Source of the DNA: Callorhinchus milii
Lineage: Eukaryota
DNA: 64,000 nucleotides
Direction of reading: 5' to 3'
Assembly (NCBI RefSeq): GCF_018977255.1
Contig: NW_024704743.1
Coordinates: 98,272,001 to 98,336,000 of the forward strand
This document shows, in pieces, positions 1 to 13,953 of the stretch. Every line of letters begins with the position of its first letter. Within the stretch, counting starts at the first letter, position 1. A program made the translations under genes and the position numbers. Under the pieces are notes generated by a model. It was not told the DNA's origin and searched no databases. It saw nothing but the letters and a program-made list of their open reading frames with translations.

Positions 1-354
1 CTCAATCGCCCTACCATCGGTGGTCGGGCCTTCAGCCTCTCAGCCCCCAGGCTCTGGAACTCTATCCCCCAGTGCCTTCGCCTTGCTTCCTCCTTCTCCT
101 CCTACAAGGCCGGTCTCAAAACCTTTCTCTTTGACCGAGCCTTCAGCTCCCCTCTCGACTCTCTACCCCCTCCTCGCTCCCTCCCTTCCCTCCCCTCACC
201 CTGACCATTTCCCCCCTCCTCCCTCCCTCCCTCCCCTCCCCTCACCCTAACCATTTCCCCCTGCTCGGGTCCTGACCCAACTATGCAGCGCCTTGGGACG
301 TCCTCCTGACGTGAAAGGCGCTTTATAAATGGAATCTTGTTGTTGTTGTTGTTG
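1..354 (+). mobile_element. 3' end of a young L2-clade LINE (cut by the window edge), same family as 20439-23825
   Basis: ORF C-terminus, stem-loop GCGCCTTGGGACGTCCTCCTGACGTGAAAGGCGC, (TTG)n tail. Confidence 0.92.
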
Positions 355-757
355 CCTTCAAAACCCTCCAAGGGTTTGCTCCTACCTACCTCTACAACCT
401 GTTGATGCCATATCAACCTGTCCGTTCCCTCCACTCATCAGGCTCCAGCCTGCGCCATGTCCCCCACCTGGCCAGCCCCACCATCGGCGGTCAGGCCTTC
501 AGCCTCTTTGCCCCCACCCTCTGGCACTCTATCCCACATTCCCTTCACCTTGCTCCCTCCCTTGCATCCAAGGCACATCTCGAGACTCTCCTCTTTGACC
601 GTGCCTTCAGCCACTCTCTTACCCCTACTCTCCCCGCCCTCCATCTCTCCTTATCACAATCCCCTGCTTGGGTCCAAATCCCTGACTGCCCAGCACCTTG
701 GTACATCCTCCCGATGTGAAAGGCGCTCTATAAATGTAATTTGATGTTGTTGTTATT
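355..757 (+). mobile_element. 3' end of an older L2 subfamily, probably the target into which 1-354 inserted
   Basis: Translates to LRSSG...PTIGGQAFSLFAPTLWHSIP-type L2 C-terminus; decayed stem-loop and TTG tail. Confidence 0.88.
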
Positions 758-825
758 GGATAGTTGGATGAAGAGATAGAAAACCCTGGCCAATTTTCCA
801 CTCTCAAACCTAGGGGTTTTGAGGA

Positions 826-1185
826 CATAGATTCATAGATTCATAGACTGTTACGGCACAGAAGGAGGCCATTCGACCCATCGAGTCTGTGCCGGCTCTT
901 TGACAGAGCAAGTCACTTTCACTAACCCCAATCACCAGCTTTCTCCCCATAGCCCTGCAAACCTGTCTTCCCCAGATACCTATCCAGTTCTCTCTTAAAA
1001 GCTGTTATTGAATCGGACTTCACTACCCTTTTAGGCAGATCATTCCAAATTCGAACAACTCGCTGAGTGAAAAAAATTCTTCTAACCTCCCCTCTGCTTC
1101 TTTTGGTAGATATCTTAAGACTGTGACCACGGGTCACAGACACACCTACCAGCGGAAACAGCCTTTCTTTATCTAGCCTATCGAA
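826..1185 (-). mobile_element. CR1 LINE 3' fragment with an (ATAGATTC)n octamer tail
   Basis: TRGHSLK...FFTQRVVRIWNDLP...FKRELDRYL is a CR1 ORF2 C-terminus. Confidence 0.9.
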
Positions 1186-1904
1186 ACCAACATCTGTGGT
1201 CAGATATCAGCATAAGCCAGGACTGTGACTTTCTGGTCATAATACCATGGAGTCTATAGTTGTACCAAGTGGTGACTTTACCCAATAGGTCACTGGAAGA
1301 GCTTGTGCAGCTCTTTTGCGAACAAATTGACACATCAACTATTTTGTGATGAATCCATTCCATATATTTTGTACTGTACATGGATAACGTTTTTTTACTT
1401 AGATTTATCAACATTGTATTTGTGTCTCCTGGCTTTGAGTTGAAGCTAAATTAATTTGTCCATATTATCCATCTTTTTCAGTCTTTTAAAGGCCTGGATC
1501 ACATCACCTCTTAATCTTCATTCTTCACTGAAACTGTCCATCCTGGCAGCCCACACTCACAACTTAATCATCCTCAATTCTGAAGCAAGTGTCACTTCTC
1601 TCGAAACCATCTCCATTGTCCTTGGGTAAGATGGCCAAAACTGTATACAGAATTTAAAATTCTACATCATCACATTTCAAAAGCTTGATGTAGGGAGGCT
1701 CATTACAGATTCAATTATGAACTTGAAATTGAAAACAGAACTGTTACATACAGGAGTACATAATGACTAACAATTTTGAGAAGCATTCCTGGAGGATTCC
1801 AGGCAGATACAAATTAGTGAGACAGGGGGTATACAGTTAGGTCAGTTTTATAGATTTAGTCAGTGAGTTGAGTTTATTGCCAGTACCGTATTGTGTACAA
1901 GCTA

Positions 1905-2022
1905 GTCAGCTAATTTCACCCACAAAATATACAGTCAATTCACTTTACATTATGTTTGATGAAGCGCTTTGAGACGTCTCGAAGATGTGATAAGCGCTAT
2001 ATTAAATGCAAGAATTATTATT
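1905..2022 (+). mobile_element. 5'-truncated SINE 3' end. Similar pieces at about 4102-4210(-), 25095-25260(-), 33145-33255(-), 35943-36120(-), 36600-36795(+), 36995-37095(-), 40620-40810(+), 41230-41420(-), 42450-42640(+), 45170-45297(-), 52190-52270(-), 56036-56240(-), 63345-63435(-)
   Basis: CAGTCAATTCACTTTAC...GCGCTTTGAGA...AAATGCAAG(ATT)n. Confidence 0.85.
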
Positions 2023-2727
2023 AACAATTACTGTAACTGCAATTTACTGCGATTAACAATTACTGAAATTCTTCTTTAAGTCCTGCAATATGACGATTGA
2101 GCACCTGGCTACTAGCTCCTGTTGTTCCAGAAGCATGCCCAAGTACTGCCATGAATGTTGCATGCCACAGCAGTGGATGGCATAGATAATTGCTCATTAA
2201 ATTCACAACTCTTAGTTTTGCAAGTAATATTGGGCTTCGACAGAATTTCTATGAACAGGCAACTTATAGATCTTTGCATTGTCTCTAAATAAAAAAAGGA
2301 AAGCAATGAACAAAAACATACCTTTTACACCAAGTGATTTGAGGTCTTTGGGTGAAACATGATGGGAGAGATAGTGTATTTAGTGGAACATTTTATAGCA
2401 GCATGAGGAATTGAATATTCATTGTTATGAGACTGTACAGCCAAGCTCATGTTTGTTATTATTAGTCTCGTAATACACAGAAGCTTGGTGAAGGATTCGA
2501 TTTGGAACATTGTTCAAATCAGAACATTCATTTTGGAATGGTACATTCATTTAAACAAAAATAAGTAATAAAAAGGCTGAAAACTAATGACTCTTACAAA
2601 CTCACTGCCTTGTGAGCTCAGAAGTGTTATTAAAATTAACATAATTTGATGTGCGATTAAAATGATAATTTGATTAGAACCAACTAAGCCCATGAATAAT
2701 TAAACAATTTATAACCCTTTGTTTCTC

Positions 2728-2912
2728 TCAGGCCTTTGCAACATCCAGCAATGCTGCATGCAGTCTGGATACCACTGCTCTGAAACCTGGCCAGTAAGTG
2801 TTCCACATGGCTGAGCTGGATTCTTCCCTGTGGGAATGTTCTCCATCACAAACCACATGAAGGTGGTCTTTCCATTCAAACAGCAGAGAGGCTCGAATGT
2901 CAGCAGTCAGTA
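2728..2912 (-). CDS. Terminal coding exon H; xLTADIRASLLFEWKDHLHVVCDGEHSHREESSSAMWNTYWPGFRAVVSRLHAALLDVAKA*
   Basis: ctcttgcttttgtattcataacttaaag|TA CTG...GCC TGA; 60 open codons of protein-like composition in non-repeat DNA; candidate minus-strand AATAAA at 1873-1878. Confidence 0.75.
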
Positions 2913-3179
2913 CTTTAAGTTATGAATACAAAAGCAAGAGAGAGGGAGAAAGATTTTTGAACACATCACTACCAAGCATTCAAACCTCAAAATAGTCGAA
3001 AACACCTGAGAGTTGGTTGAACAGAATAAAATATGAACTGATAAAAAACAGTTTTATTCACAGAGGTTTTATATGAATGTGCTTCTCAGTCACATACAGT
3101 CTAACATTTGTTCAACGACTATTTCCAAGTTTTGAAGAATTATGCCATCAGCAGAGGTCTAAACAGAGTTTTATCAAAC

Positions 3180-3236
3180 AACAACAACAAAATGACATTT
3201 GTAAAACGCCTTTCACATCGGGAGGACGTCCCAAAG
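3180..3236 (-). mobile_element. Very short L2 insertion (3' stem-loop plus tail only)
   Basis: Matches the L2 3' end; TSD TCAAAC at 3174-3179 and 3237-3242. Confidence 0.85.
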
Positions 3237-6200
3237 TCAAACGGTTTCATTGTAAATTTTTTAATGTGCTGACACTGCTTAGAAAGCTGGACCTGAGATA
3301 AATATAATTCAATCCCAAATGCATCAGTTATTGTTTTGTGTAATTATAACTGATTATTATAGAAACTGTTTAACGTACCATACATTCATCTGGTTATGTA
3401 TAACAATTCTAATGGCAAAGACGTTCAATTGTTCACCTCCACCTCTTTAACCAACAGCTTCACTGTTCCTGTGGTCATTCCCCCTCCTCCTCCCTTGCTC
3501 ATCATCCAACCCCATGAAGTGCTCCAAGACATTATCCTACATGAAGGGTGCTAAACAAATGCGAGCTGTTGTACTAAATAAAAAGTGTTTTCTGCAGAAA
3601 AGTCTGTTGTCGGAAAGGGATTAAATATTAATGTATAGAATTATAGAAATTTTAGCAAGGGAGGCAAATCACAAAATATGGAATGTCCAGTCTAGACAGC
3701 AATCTGTTTGCAAGTTTAAATATACCCAGGGCTACAGGCTGTTGTTCGATGTCAGAGGCATAAAATATATGTGAAAGGGGGCAATCAAAGACCCATTTCT
3801 ATGTCATCAGCCAATCTGGAATTGGCTAACAAATCATCTCAAGAATTCAAATCTGTGGCTCCTGCGTTTGGAGTCTTGCAGCTCAGTTGAACAAGGCATT
3901 AAAGGTTTATTTACACAGGATCAAAGACCCAATTTAAAGTGTTGTTTATTTGGGATCAGAGATCAAAAAGCATATTACAGTTTTGCTACCACTTCTACAC
4001 TAGTAGTCTGTCTCTGGTGTCAACTATTAATGTATAATGGCCATATTTCCCAGCTCTGGATTTGTTCATAGTTTCTCTGAGTTGGATTTCCCATTGCCTC
4101 TATATAATGATAATCCTTGCATTTGATATAGCGCTTTTCACGTCATCAAGACATCTCAAAGCGTTTCGCAGAATATACTGTAAAGTGAATTGACTGTATA
4201 TTTGTCGACGAATATATAAAGCCAGAGGAAAATATATAAAGTATACAAAGCCAGGGGAAAATGGGAAAAGCCACAGAATTGGTTCGAATAGGTGTGGCAA
4301 TGCACTGCATCTGCATAGGTGCTTTGAATTTATTCCATAAGTATCACAATATGTTTGTCTACAAATACAGTCACTCTACTTTACAGTAACTCATACAATG
4401 CACTTTGAGTCAGTCTCCTGAGGTGAAGGCATGATATAGATGCAAGGTTTATTATTATCATAAATCATATCAAAACATTCACACAGACATGATCTTCCAT
4501 TAGAGATTAGACCTCCATTTGCCAAATAAATACATTATGTATTTGTTTTTTTTTGCCTGTGCCAAATTTAATATTTTCCCTAACTGAAAGAGGCTGAGCT
4601 ATCAAACATCTACAAATTAATATGTTAACATAAATCATATTGCTAGCCCTTGGTAAGGGCCTTTCTACTTAGAAAGGGTATGACCCCTGAAAGTGGGAGC
4701 AGTTTCTAGTTAATAGGAGACAAAATCTACTGTGTAAATTGCATGCACACAGTAATTTAAAGACAGTTGCAGAAAGCCTTTACAACTCAAATTGTGAAAA
4801 AAATGCAGTTCAGCACTTTGTGCCTCTCTGGTCCTTCACTTTGATGCAATCTCTAAACCCATTTAACACTTTTTGATATACTTTTTTTTAGATAATTATT
4901 TCTTAAGTGTATAGCCTCATAGATTCTGTACTTCTACTGAAGTAACAGCAAGTCACATAAAGATAATTCTAGTTATTAAAAAGCTAAAGTTGAAAGTAAA
5001 TAAAAAATAACCTGACATAACTGGTTTACCACATCGATCTGTAAGGCTTTTCATTATACTTTGCTCATCACTGAACTGAAGTCACCCTTCTCCCTTGTCA
5101 ACTTCGACTTTTATGTAACTAACCATTAAACAGATGTATGATTTACTGCACTGTACAGTGCTTTGCTTGTGTAAACAGTATCAGAATCAAATAGAGACTA
5201 AGGCCTGGTTTCACCTGTTCAGATGAAAACTCAATGAACTGGAATTCACACAAGGCACAGAAGTAATCTTCAGGTCCGAACATCACATCTCAGCAGTTTA
5301 GAAAAAGGTGAGGGCCACATTTCAAGCAGACGTCAATGAATTTGTTTGCAATCTGCAATGGTAGAGTTTGCTTTATTTCCTTGGCCTTTCTATAATTAGA
5401 ACCAAAGGAAGAGTTTGAAAATTCTATTTGAATAAAAGCTGATCAAATCAAGTAGAACAGGCAGATGTTGAGCAAGGCTTTGAATATTCATCATCTGGAG
5501 ATTTAACATATTTTTCATTTGCAACAGTCTGATCAACAAGGCACCTGCTTTCTGTGAATAAGATATTCATTTGATGACCTTATTTGTCATGGCCTGCCAG
5601 CTCAACTGAATAATATTAAATCACATCTGCAGGTTAATGCTCCTGCAAAAATGTTCCGAGAATAGAAACCCGATACAAAACATGTACCCCTTTTCTATTT
5701 TCCAACCTGCATTATGATATAATTAAAATTTAGACTTTCATTAAAAAAACATACAATTTATCCAATTTTTTCAGAGAGGGGAAGACAATTGGCTCATGTC
5801 TAAGCCACTGCTGTTCTTGGCCTCTGCCAGTGCTGCTCTGTAATCCGCAACCTTTAAGCAACTGGGGTAATTTGAGCTCAGACTTTCCTTCTGACTATTC
5901 CCTCTAAAGAAGTGCTCAGAATCCTCGAACAGCTGATTATGTCAACGCAGAACTCACGCCTGTGCAAAAACAATGCGCTTCCTAAAATTTCTATTGCATG
6001 TTATAAAGCAAACCGGAAAACTGCAAAAATACTTAAAAGTATCTTAATACCAATTGTGATGGGCATTATCCTGGGCGGTTTTAGCCATTTTATAGCTGCA
6101 ATCATAAATATTACATTCAGCTGTCTTACATTGATAGGCTCAGCGACTGCCTCAGCAACTCCTAATTAGTTCTTCTAATAAGGTGATCAGCACACAACAT

Positions 6201-6619
6201 TTCAATAAAGCAAGCCAAATAATATAAATATTATCAGAATTATTTTAATCATTTCAAATAACTCGAGGCTCACTGAAAGCAAGACTGCTCCTTATATTTG
6301 ATATTTAAGCAGCTCCTTAAGCATGTTGGAATGCTGAAATACTACACATACTTAATTTATAATGTAGCAATCCACATGATATTTCTTAATGAGCGAGTCT
6401 ATTTTCACTGCACAGAAGGCCCCAGTGAATCTGGTTAACTATCATGTTTATGAGTCAGTCACATATGCTCATCTCATTATCGGCACTGTGAAACTGGCAG
6501 ACAGTCCCTTTTCCAGTGACAGACCTGTACACCATGCTTCAATAAAAAAAACTCTTATTGTACAACACTCAATGATCATGTTTTTTCTGCATGAACAAAA
6601 TTGTATTTCAAACATCACT

Positions 6620-6965
6620 TCACTTTGACTCCTCCAATGGTTTTCTCTTCCTGCCCTCCACATATGGCATTCCTCAAGGCTCTCACCTCAGTCTCCTCCT
6701 TTTCACAATCTATTTGCTTTTGATGGCATCGTCTGTAGGTAATGGGGCCAAATTCCACATGCAGAAAGATAACACCCAACTCTACCTCTCTGCCTTTAAC
6801 CTTGCTTCCAGACTGCTGTTCTGACGTACTGCTCTCTGGAACTCCATTCCAGAGTCCAGGCCCCCTTGTCCCCTCTCTCTCGCCTTCAAAGCCCACCTTA
6901 AAATCTATTTCATCAACTAGGCTTTTCTCTCTTCTCCCCAGCTTGGACTTCCATGCAGGTGTGTG
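6620..6965 (+). mobile_element. Degenerate, internally deleted L2 RT/3' fragment
   Basis: GIPQGS...LLFTIYL...FHM...DNTQLYLS joined to an LWNS-type C-terminus. Confidence 0.8.
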
Positions 6966-7159
6966 AAGTGGTGAGAGACATTCTACCTGCATGAGAGGTT
7001 GTAGTACATGCTAAAACAGACAGAATTTCCTGTTCTAAAATAGGAACAAAAGATGTTTCATTTTGTTTAAAAATAAGTTCAACATTATCAGCCACCTCAG
7101 AATTGACAGCTCTGAATCCTGAAATCATCTTTTCTTCTCTTATTTAAATCCTCTTGGAA

Positions 7160-9102
7160 GCTTCAGTGCCTTTTGAAGGTTCCGCCTACCACATCTCCCT
7201 TTCACAGACCCAAACTGACTTTTACTCCAAAGTCATCCTGGAGGCAAAACCAATTCAAAGACGTGGTTTTCCACTGTCCATCTCCTCCTCCGTGCACCCC
7301 CTCAAGCCAACTCTATTCTCACATCAAATGCCAATTGTGAAGAGGTCCGAGACTTCTTTGCCTCAAAGATTGAAAATATCTGCTTGGCTGCATCGTCCTG
7401 TCCCTCCATGTCCCCTTTCACCTCACCCAGACCTTCCACACCACCTGCTCCCTCCACCACAGCTCTTGCCACTCCCCACTACTTACATTCCTTTGGCCCC
7501 ATTTCTCCCTCCTTCCTCTCAACCACAATCACCCGTATGAAGTTCGCTACCTGCTGCCTCGGCCCTCTCCCCACCCAGCTGCTGGTCACTCAACTTCCCC
7601 TTCTCTCCCCCTGCTGGCTGACAGAGTCAACCAGTCTCTCTCCTCAGGCTGTGTTCCACTCCCCCTGAAAACCGTTGTTATCACACCCCTCCTCAAAAAA
7701 CCCACCCTCGATCCCTCTAATCTCTCACACTACCGTCCATTTCCAACCTATCCTTCCTTGCTGGTCAACTTTGGTCACAGCTCTCCCTCCACTCCCTCCT
7801 TGAGCCTCTGCAATCTGGTTTTCGCCCTGACCACAGCACAGAGACAGTGCTTGTCAAAGTCACAAATAACATCCTTTCTATCTGTCACTAGGGCTCACTC
7901 TGCCTCCTCCACCTCCTAGATCTCTTTGCCACGTTCAACACAGTCGACCACACCATCCTCCTCTACCGCCTCTCCTCCCTAATCCACCTTAGTGGGATCA
8001 CACTCGCATGGTTTGAGTCCTACTTAACCAACCACCTCCACTTCAACTTCAATAGTTTCTCCTCCCACCCAGTCACCTGTGGTGTACGCCAGGATTCCAT
8101 CGTTCTTTTTCTCATCTATATGCTCCCTCTTGGCAATGTCATCCGCAGACACAGGGTAAATTTCCACATGTATGTGGATGACACACAAATCTACTTTGCC
8201 TCCTCCAGCATCAACTCCAGATCTGCCAATGTTCTACCAGCTTGTCTGGTAGACATCAGGGCCCGGACTTGTGCAAACTTCCTGCAGCTGAATGTGGACG
8301 GAAGCCATACTCTTTGGCTCCCGTCAACGTCTTCACTTCTGCAGATCTAAACTCCTCAACCTCCTTAGGCTCTCCCTCAGAATTACTGAACCAGGTGCAA
8401 TCTAGGCATCCAGTTCGACCCCCAGATGTCCTTCCTCTCCTACATACGGTCCCTGACAGGACCACCTTCCTCCACCTCTGCCACATTGCCCGCCTCCAAC
8501 TGTACCTGCTCCCAAATGCAGCCAAAACCCTTGTGCATGCATTTGTCACCTCCCGCCTGGATTACTCAAACACCCTCCTCACTGGTCTCCGCAGCTCCAC
8601 TATTCAAAAAATCCAACTAAGAACTCCTCCGCCTGCATACTGACCCAGACCAAACTCCGTACCCACATCTCACCAATTCTGGCCAGACTCCACTGGCTCC
8701 CCATCACCAAACGGATCAATTAAATGATCCTCACACTTGTGTTCAAATTGATTCACTTCCTGGCACCTCCCTACCTCTCCGATCTCCTCACTCCCCGATC
8801 CACCACTCGGCACCTCCGCTCGCCTGGCACCAGCCTCCTACTTATCCCTCACACCCTCCGGTCCACCATTAGATGTCGCGCTTTCAACCACTATGGCCTG
8901 AAACTGTGGAACATTCTCTCTCAATCCCTTCACCTTGCCCCCTCTCTCCCCTTGTTCAAGTCCCGCCTGAAAACCTTCCTTTTCGTCCATGCTTATGGTC
9001 AACTCCACCCTTGCCCGGCTCGGAATCAGGCTTCACCGCTGTTGAGTGCTCTAAGCCACTACCCTGCGTGGAGAGTGCTACATAAGTGCAAGTTGTTGTT
9101 GT
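7160..9102 (+). mobile_element. 5'-truncated older L2 LINE with a frameshifted RT domain
   Basis: [45 protein letters not shown]; (TTG)n tail at 9091-9102. Confidence 0.93.
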
Positions 9103-10167
9103 AATGTAACACACCTCCACACACTATTCCAGATGTGCTTTCACCAGTAATCTATAAAATTCTCAAAAAAAGTCATTCATGCAGCAACTTCGCCATGCTT
9201 CTACTTTAAAAGGTAAAATAATAATTTTAAAACAATTCTAGATATTGAGCACGAGCTGTTGAAACAATGGGGTGAAAATTTTTGGTAAAAATAGTCAGAG
9301 ATTAGCCAAAACTGAAGACAGTGACAAACTAAAGTAGTGACAAACTAGGCTGCAGTGTGTTTCCCCTCAAAACGTGGCTCTATCACAGTGTGGTTGATCC
9401 CTAAGTCAGCACATTGGACTGTCAGCCTGTCGTTCACATCACTGAACGGGACTTCCAGTTTCTGTGTTACTGGCTTAATTTTGAGTTAAGATGATACCTG
9501 ACTAACCAGCACTTCAATGACATGATCCATAACCGGAGAGTCCAATGGCAACAGGTTTGTTTTGGACTCAGCCATTGGAGTCACTCCCGCAATGTGATAT
9601 TTATCACATGATAATTAATGCATTATGGAGATAAATCACTGACTATGCTCCGACATTAAGACAACAGTAGGTAAGGTACTAAATGGCTGTTAGGATCTAT
9701 AGATCATATACCAGCATGAGTCGGTGGCTTCAAAAAGCAGAAAAAATGGGCAAAAAATGCTGAAGCAGCCTTACGTTTTACATTGGAAAACAGCCAAAAC
9801 TCAAAAAGCATTATAGCCATGTGTAAAATCTTTTACAGAGACATGCAGAAGGATGACACATTACAATAGAAATCCAGAAATATATTTTGTGATATGATTA
9901 GAGCAAAAATGCATTATACTCTGCTATAGACCAATCATGATCCTTTCTTGAAGATTGATAGTCAGGTTTCAAGGCGCACCTGCTGTTGAATCAGAAAGTA
10001 AAGATAAAGAGCACAAAATCCAATGCAGCTCCATAAACCATCCGGACAAGTATTATGCAACACTGCTGACTAAGAATGTAGTAAAGATGATGGCACTTTT
10101 TAACTAACAGTAGTGAAGTTTATTATAGTACAGTCAGCTGGGTCTATTGTCTCACTGTCCATATTAT

Positions 10168-10538
10168 AATAATCCTTGAATTTGATTTATCATGAATTTG
10201 ACTTATAGTCTATAACATCAAGAATGTCTCACAGCACTTTATAAAAACATTCTGTAAAGTGTAGTGATTGTGCATTTGAACCCGGCAGCTAATTTGTGCA
10301 CAAGAATATCCCAAAAACAGCCATGAAGTGAATGACAAATGTATTTACCTTGGGGACTGATCCTGGGACATTGGGAATAACTTTTTTGTCTCATCTGAAA
10401 GCAGGCAGCTGCAACGACCGACATGCCTCCAGCACTGCATTGGAATGTCAACCTAGTCTGTGAGCTCAAAGTCCTGATGTGGGGCTTGAACCCACAAACC
10501 TTCTAACTCGGAGGCAAGAGTGCTACCAAGCAAGGCTG
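10168..10538 (-). mobile_element. Old SacSINE1-like DeuSINE. Related copies at about 11870-12150(+), 26860-27065(+), 28955-29378(-), 31570-32070(-), 44840-45380(+), 50390-50790(-), 60350-60720(-)
   Basis: Head GTAGCACTCTTGCCTC..AG..AGAAGG...GGGTTCAAG; across copies the Deu motifs GATGAGA..TTAAAC, CCCATGGCACTATT and GTGTCCTGGCCAA; L2-type tail. Family name recalled from memory, not searched. Confidence 0.75.
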
Positions 10539-13500
10539 CTATCACATAGAAGAGTGCGAAATGTCTGACTTCTAGATTGTTGTTGATTTCACTTTTGTGT
10601 GTTGCGCCACATGTCACAAAGTGACTTCAGCAGCATTTTGTCGCACGTAGTGCACATGTCTGCCTACAAATAACAGTCAGTGGGACTGTCACCAGGAACG
10701 TGCTTTCTGAAGTTTTGAGTGAAACAGCGCTAAAAGTGCAAGTTATATCTTTTGTTTCCAGCAGGGGTCACTCAACAGCAAACCGGAGCAAGCACACTAG
10801 CCACACTATCATCTCTGTAAACCCAAAAGCATTGAAGATAAAAGTAGTGCCCCAGAGTCCTTTTAGCCGAGATCAGCTCACTAAGCACAAAAAGAAAATT
10901 CTTCAAAGTTTAATAGAGCGTTAGGTGATATCTGAGGCAACTAAGGAACTAACCTTATGTTATGGAAAGTTTTAAAATTTGTGTCTGACTGAGCAGAGCA
11001 AGAAAAGCAGAGCAAAATGTATCCACTCCCCTCACCCTAGTGCTAAACACTGAGGTTTTGTCCTACATACAATACTTTGGGGAGGAGGGGAGAAAAGAAA
11101 GCTCCTTATGATAAGTTACCTTTGGATGATCAGTTGATCTCTTGTACAACATGAGTTACCTAATATAATTTGTTGCTGACAGTTATCTCACTGACAACAA
11201 CAAATGACAGTTTATATAAAGAACTGAGTATTGCAGAGACTGTAAAATAATAATCTGTTTGCACTCATTTTAAGACAGTTGCGTCATTATAAAGCAAGCA
11301 TAAATAAAAGCCAACCACCACATTGAATGATCTCTCAGGAAACTGGATTAGTGCTGATTTTCCTCCTTGAAAACCATGATCAACCATCCAGCAAGTAGTT
11401 TATCCAGGGATTTACTTTCTCCTGAATTAAATCCATCCTGTTTAAATCCCAAATCACTATTATTACCTTGGAGTTATTTTAAATCACCAAATGTTCTTCT
11501 GTAATTTGTACTTAGGAATGTGTGAGATGCTACCTGCTAAAATTACCTACTATGCAGCTGGTAATTAAGGGATTTGTATGTGTAATCACTGCATGAGAAA
11601 CTGTAATAAACAAAGGCCTCGGTTTAGAATTATTTCTATATTCTCACCAAAAGACACCATTTCATTGTGAATCACTGTAATGCTAAACTGAACATTCCAA
11701 ACATATAAAACAGACTAAGTTCAGCCCTATGCAATTCACACATTATTGACTAGTTCCCAATCTTTTCACATTAAGTCTCATACAAACACATCCTAATTCA
11801 AACCCCTTTCAGCCCATCAGAAAGGTCAGAGCAAATTGAAGAATTTCTGCATCTACTGCCAATGAAAGTTGGTGAAAGGACAACTGAGGTCCGATTTGCC
11901 AGTTCAAATGTACGTTAAAGATCCCATGACACTATTTGAAAGGAGAAAATAGTTTACCTCAGTGTCCTGGTCAATCATCCCCCAAATAAAACTAGTCACT
12001 CATTTCATGGCTGTTGGACATTGATGTGCACAAATTGTCTGCTGCGTTCGCCTTCAAAATATTATCACTACATTTTACAAATTCCTGTGAAGCGTTTTGA
12101 GATGCCCCAAGACGTGATAAGGCACTATATCAAATGCAAGATTATTATTAGGAATAAACAGGTATTCTGTCTGAGGGAACCTTCTGGGGCTACCTGAACG
12201 AATTAAATTATTGTATTACTCTGAACTGCTCTGCAGAAACAGTAACAGTCCTCGAAAAATTAATCTCTACCACATCAATCACACTGTGAAATAATCTTGC
12301 TAGGCTGACATTCCCAGAACAATACAGTTTATTCCTGAAACAGTTAATACCGGAAGTGAATTTTATGTTCAAGAGATGCTTTAATATAAAAATGAAATGC
12401 AGTAAATGTAATTACTAACATGTCACAGAAGTGCAAAGTACTTTAGTTGTCCCCTTTGTCTGCAGCAGGTATCAAACCAGCCCCTTCAGGAAGGAACACA
12501 ATGACATACTATTTTATTTCATGCTTTTGAAATTGTGACATGGAAACACACTCTGACTCAAAATTCCTAAACCAGTTGGTTTCTGCACCAAGGAATTAAA
12601 TAAAGTGCCTCTGAATATTTCTGGGTTGTTAGTAACTAATGATGCTTCACTAAATAAGCAAAAATACCAGCCAGGTTTCATTTAAATTCAGAAGACTTAT
12701 AGTCCCAGGCCTCAAATCTCCTGGATTTACATCAGTACTTGAATTGTAAAGCATGCAATCTAGCACATACAGTATGTTTGAAGTAACCCGTCATAGCTGC
12801 TCAGAAGCCACAAATAGAAGGCAAAGTCTTATGTGCAAACAGTTCCCATTTTACGCAAAGTATTGGGCTCAATGTTTAACAGGTAGAAATTCTGTGCACT
12901 GCATAACAAATGTGAGATAAGATGGATGGTGTAATTGGGGAGAAAAGTAATCTGTACTTAACTACATATGGAATTCCAAACCCTTTTCTTGAATTCCAAA
13001 GCCTTTTCTTGGTATGAAAAGAAACGTGTTAGCGTGTACAAAAACATTAATTAAACAGTTGGTTATTGTCCAGTGTCAGTTCACTCTGTGGTTTCGAGTA
13101 GCTTTAAGAGCAGCGTTAATTTACATCTACCAGACTAGCTGCAAACGTTCTGCAAGCTGATGATGTAGAAGGGCAAATAGATTAGTTTGGAAAACTACTG
13201 ACAATTGGGAACATGTTCCTTCCATAAAATTGTTCAGTTTTAGCTTGCAACCATAAATTTATGCATCTTCAAAACTGCAGTACCCATGACAGTGGAATTT
13301 CTTATCTGTTCCCGCATTGAGACTTTTGCGATTAAACTGACATCGCGCTACAATATTGAGGTCCTTGAAATATGGATTGTTTGTAGGAGTGGATTCCCAC
13401 TGAACAGAGTGTGATAACAAAGCAATAAAAACCCAAACTTTCTGCAGTTGCTGGGCAGCATTGACAATAGTACTATTTTTAAAGACCTTGAGAAGGGCAG

Positions 13501-13550
13501 GAAGGAAGGGTAGAGGGAATCTAGGAAATTCTTAAAAGCATTTTTAAGAA

Positions 13551-13953
13551 ATAATACAATTATAAACCTTACATTTGATATAGTGCCTCTTCTCATCATT
13601 GAGATGTCTCAAAGCGGTTCATAGAATATACTGTAAAGTGAATTGAAGTGTACACTTTACTATAAAGTAAAATGTATTTTGTGGCCGAAAATGTGGTAGC
13701 CAATTGCGCACAGCAGTTTCCCACAAACAGTTGTGGATTGAGTGACCAAATTCTTTTTAACAAAAGCTAAAGGATTATTACCCACAGAAAGAAAACCGAC
13801 AATTGACTAACAACCAAGTTCCTACTTACTGCAAGGTAAGCAGAGGTGTATGGAGTATAGAAACTTGCCTAAGGTTTCGCCCTGTCCAGGTTCTTGAACC
13901 CGGGTTCTCTCGCTTGCAAGGCGAGTGCTGTAACCAATTCGCTACAAGACTCC
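13551..13953 (-). mobile_element. tRNA-derived SINE, long variant. Others at 28193-28531(-), 43433-43797(-), 60918-61280(-), 62295-62530(+, 5'-truncated)
   Basis: GGAGTC.TGTAGC head, central GCAGTAAGTAGGAAC segment (partly deleted in the 28193 copy), shared 3' body and (ATT)n tail. Confidence 0.85.

Noticed and set aside
5215..5389. Minus-strand AG...GT segment with a single in-frame TGA (possible selenocysteine exon)
   Set aside because: Its phases (2 to 0) do not fit between exons G and H, the donor is weak, and no SECIS was recognised
12971..13010. 20-bp tandem duplication; also a 16-bp one at about 44219-44250 and small hairpins at about 43157-43208 and 55848-55882
   Set aside because: Ordinary local slippage or chance features with no supporting context
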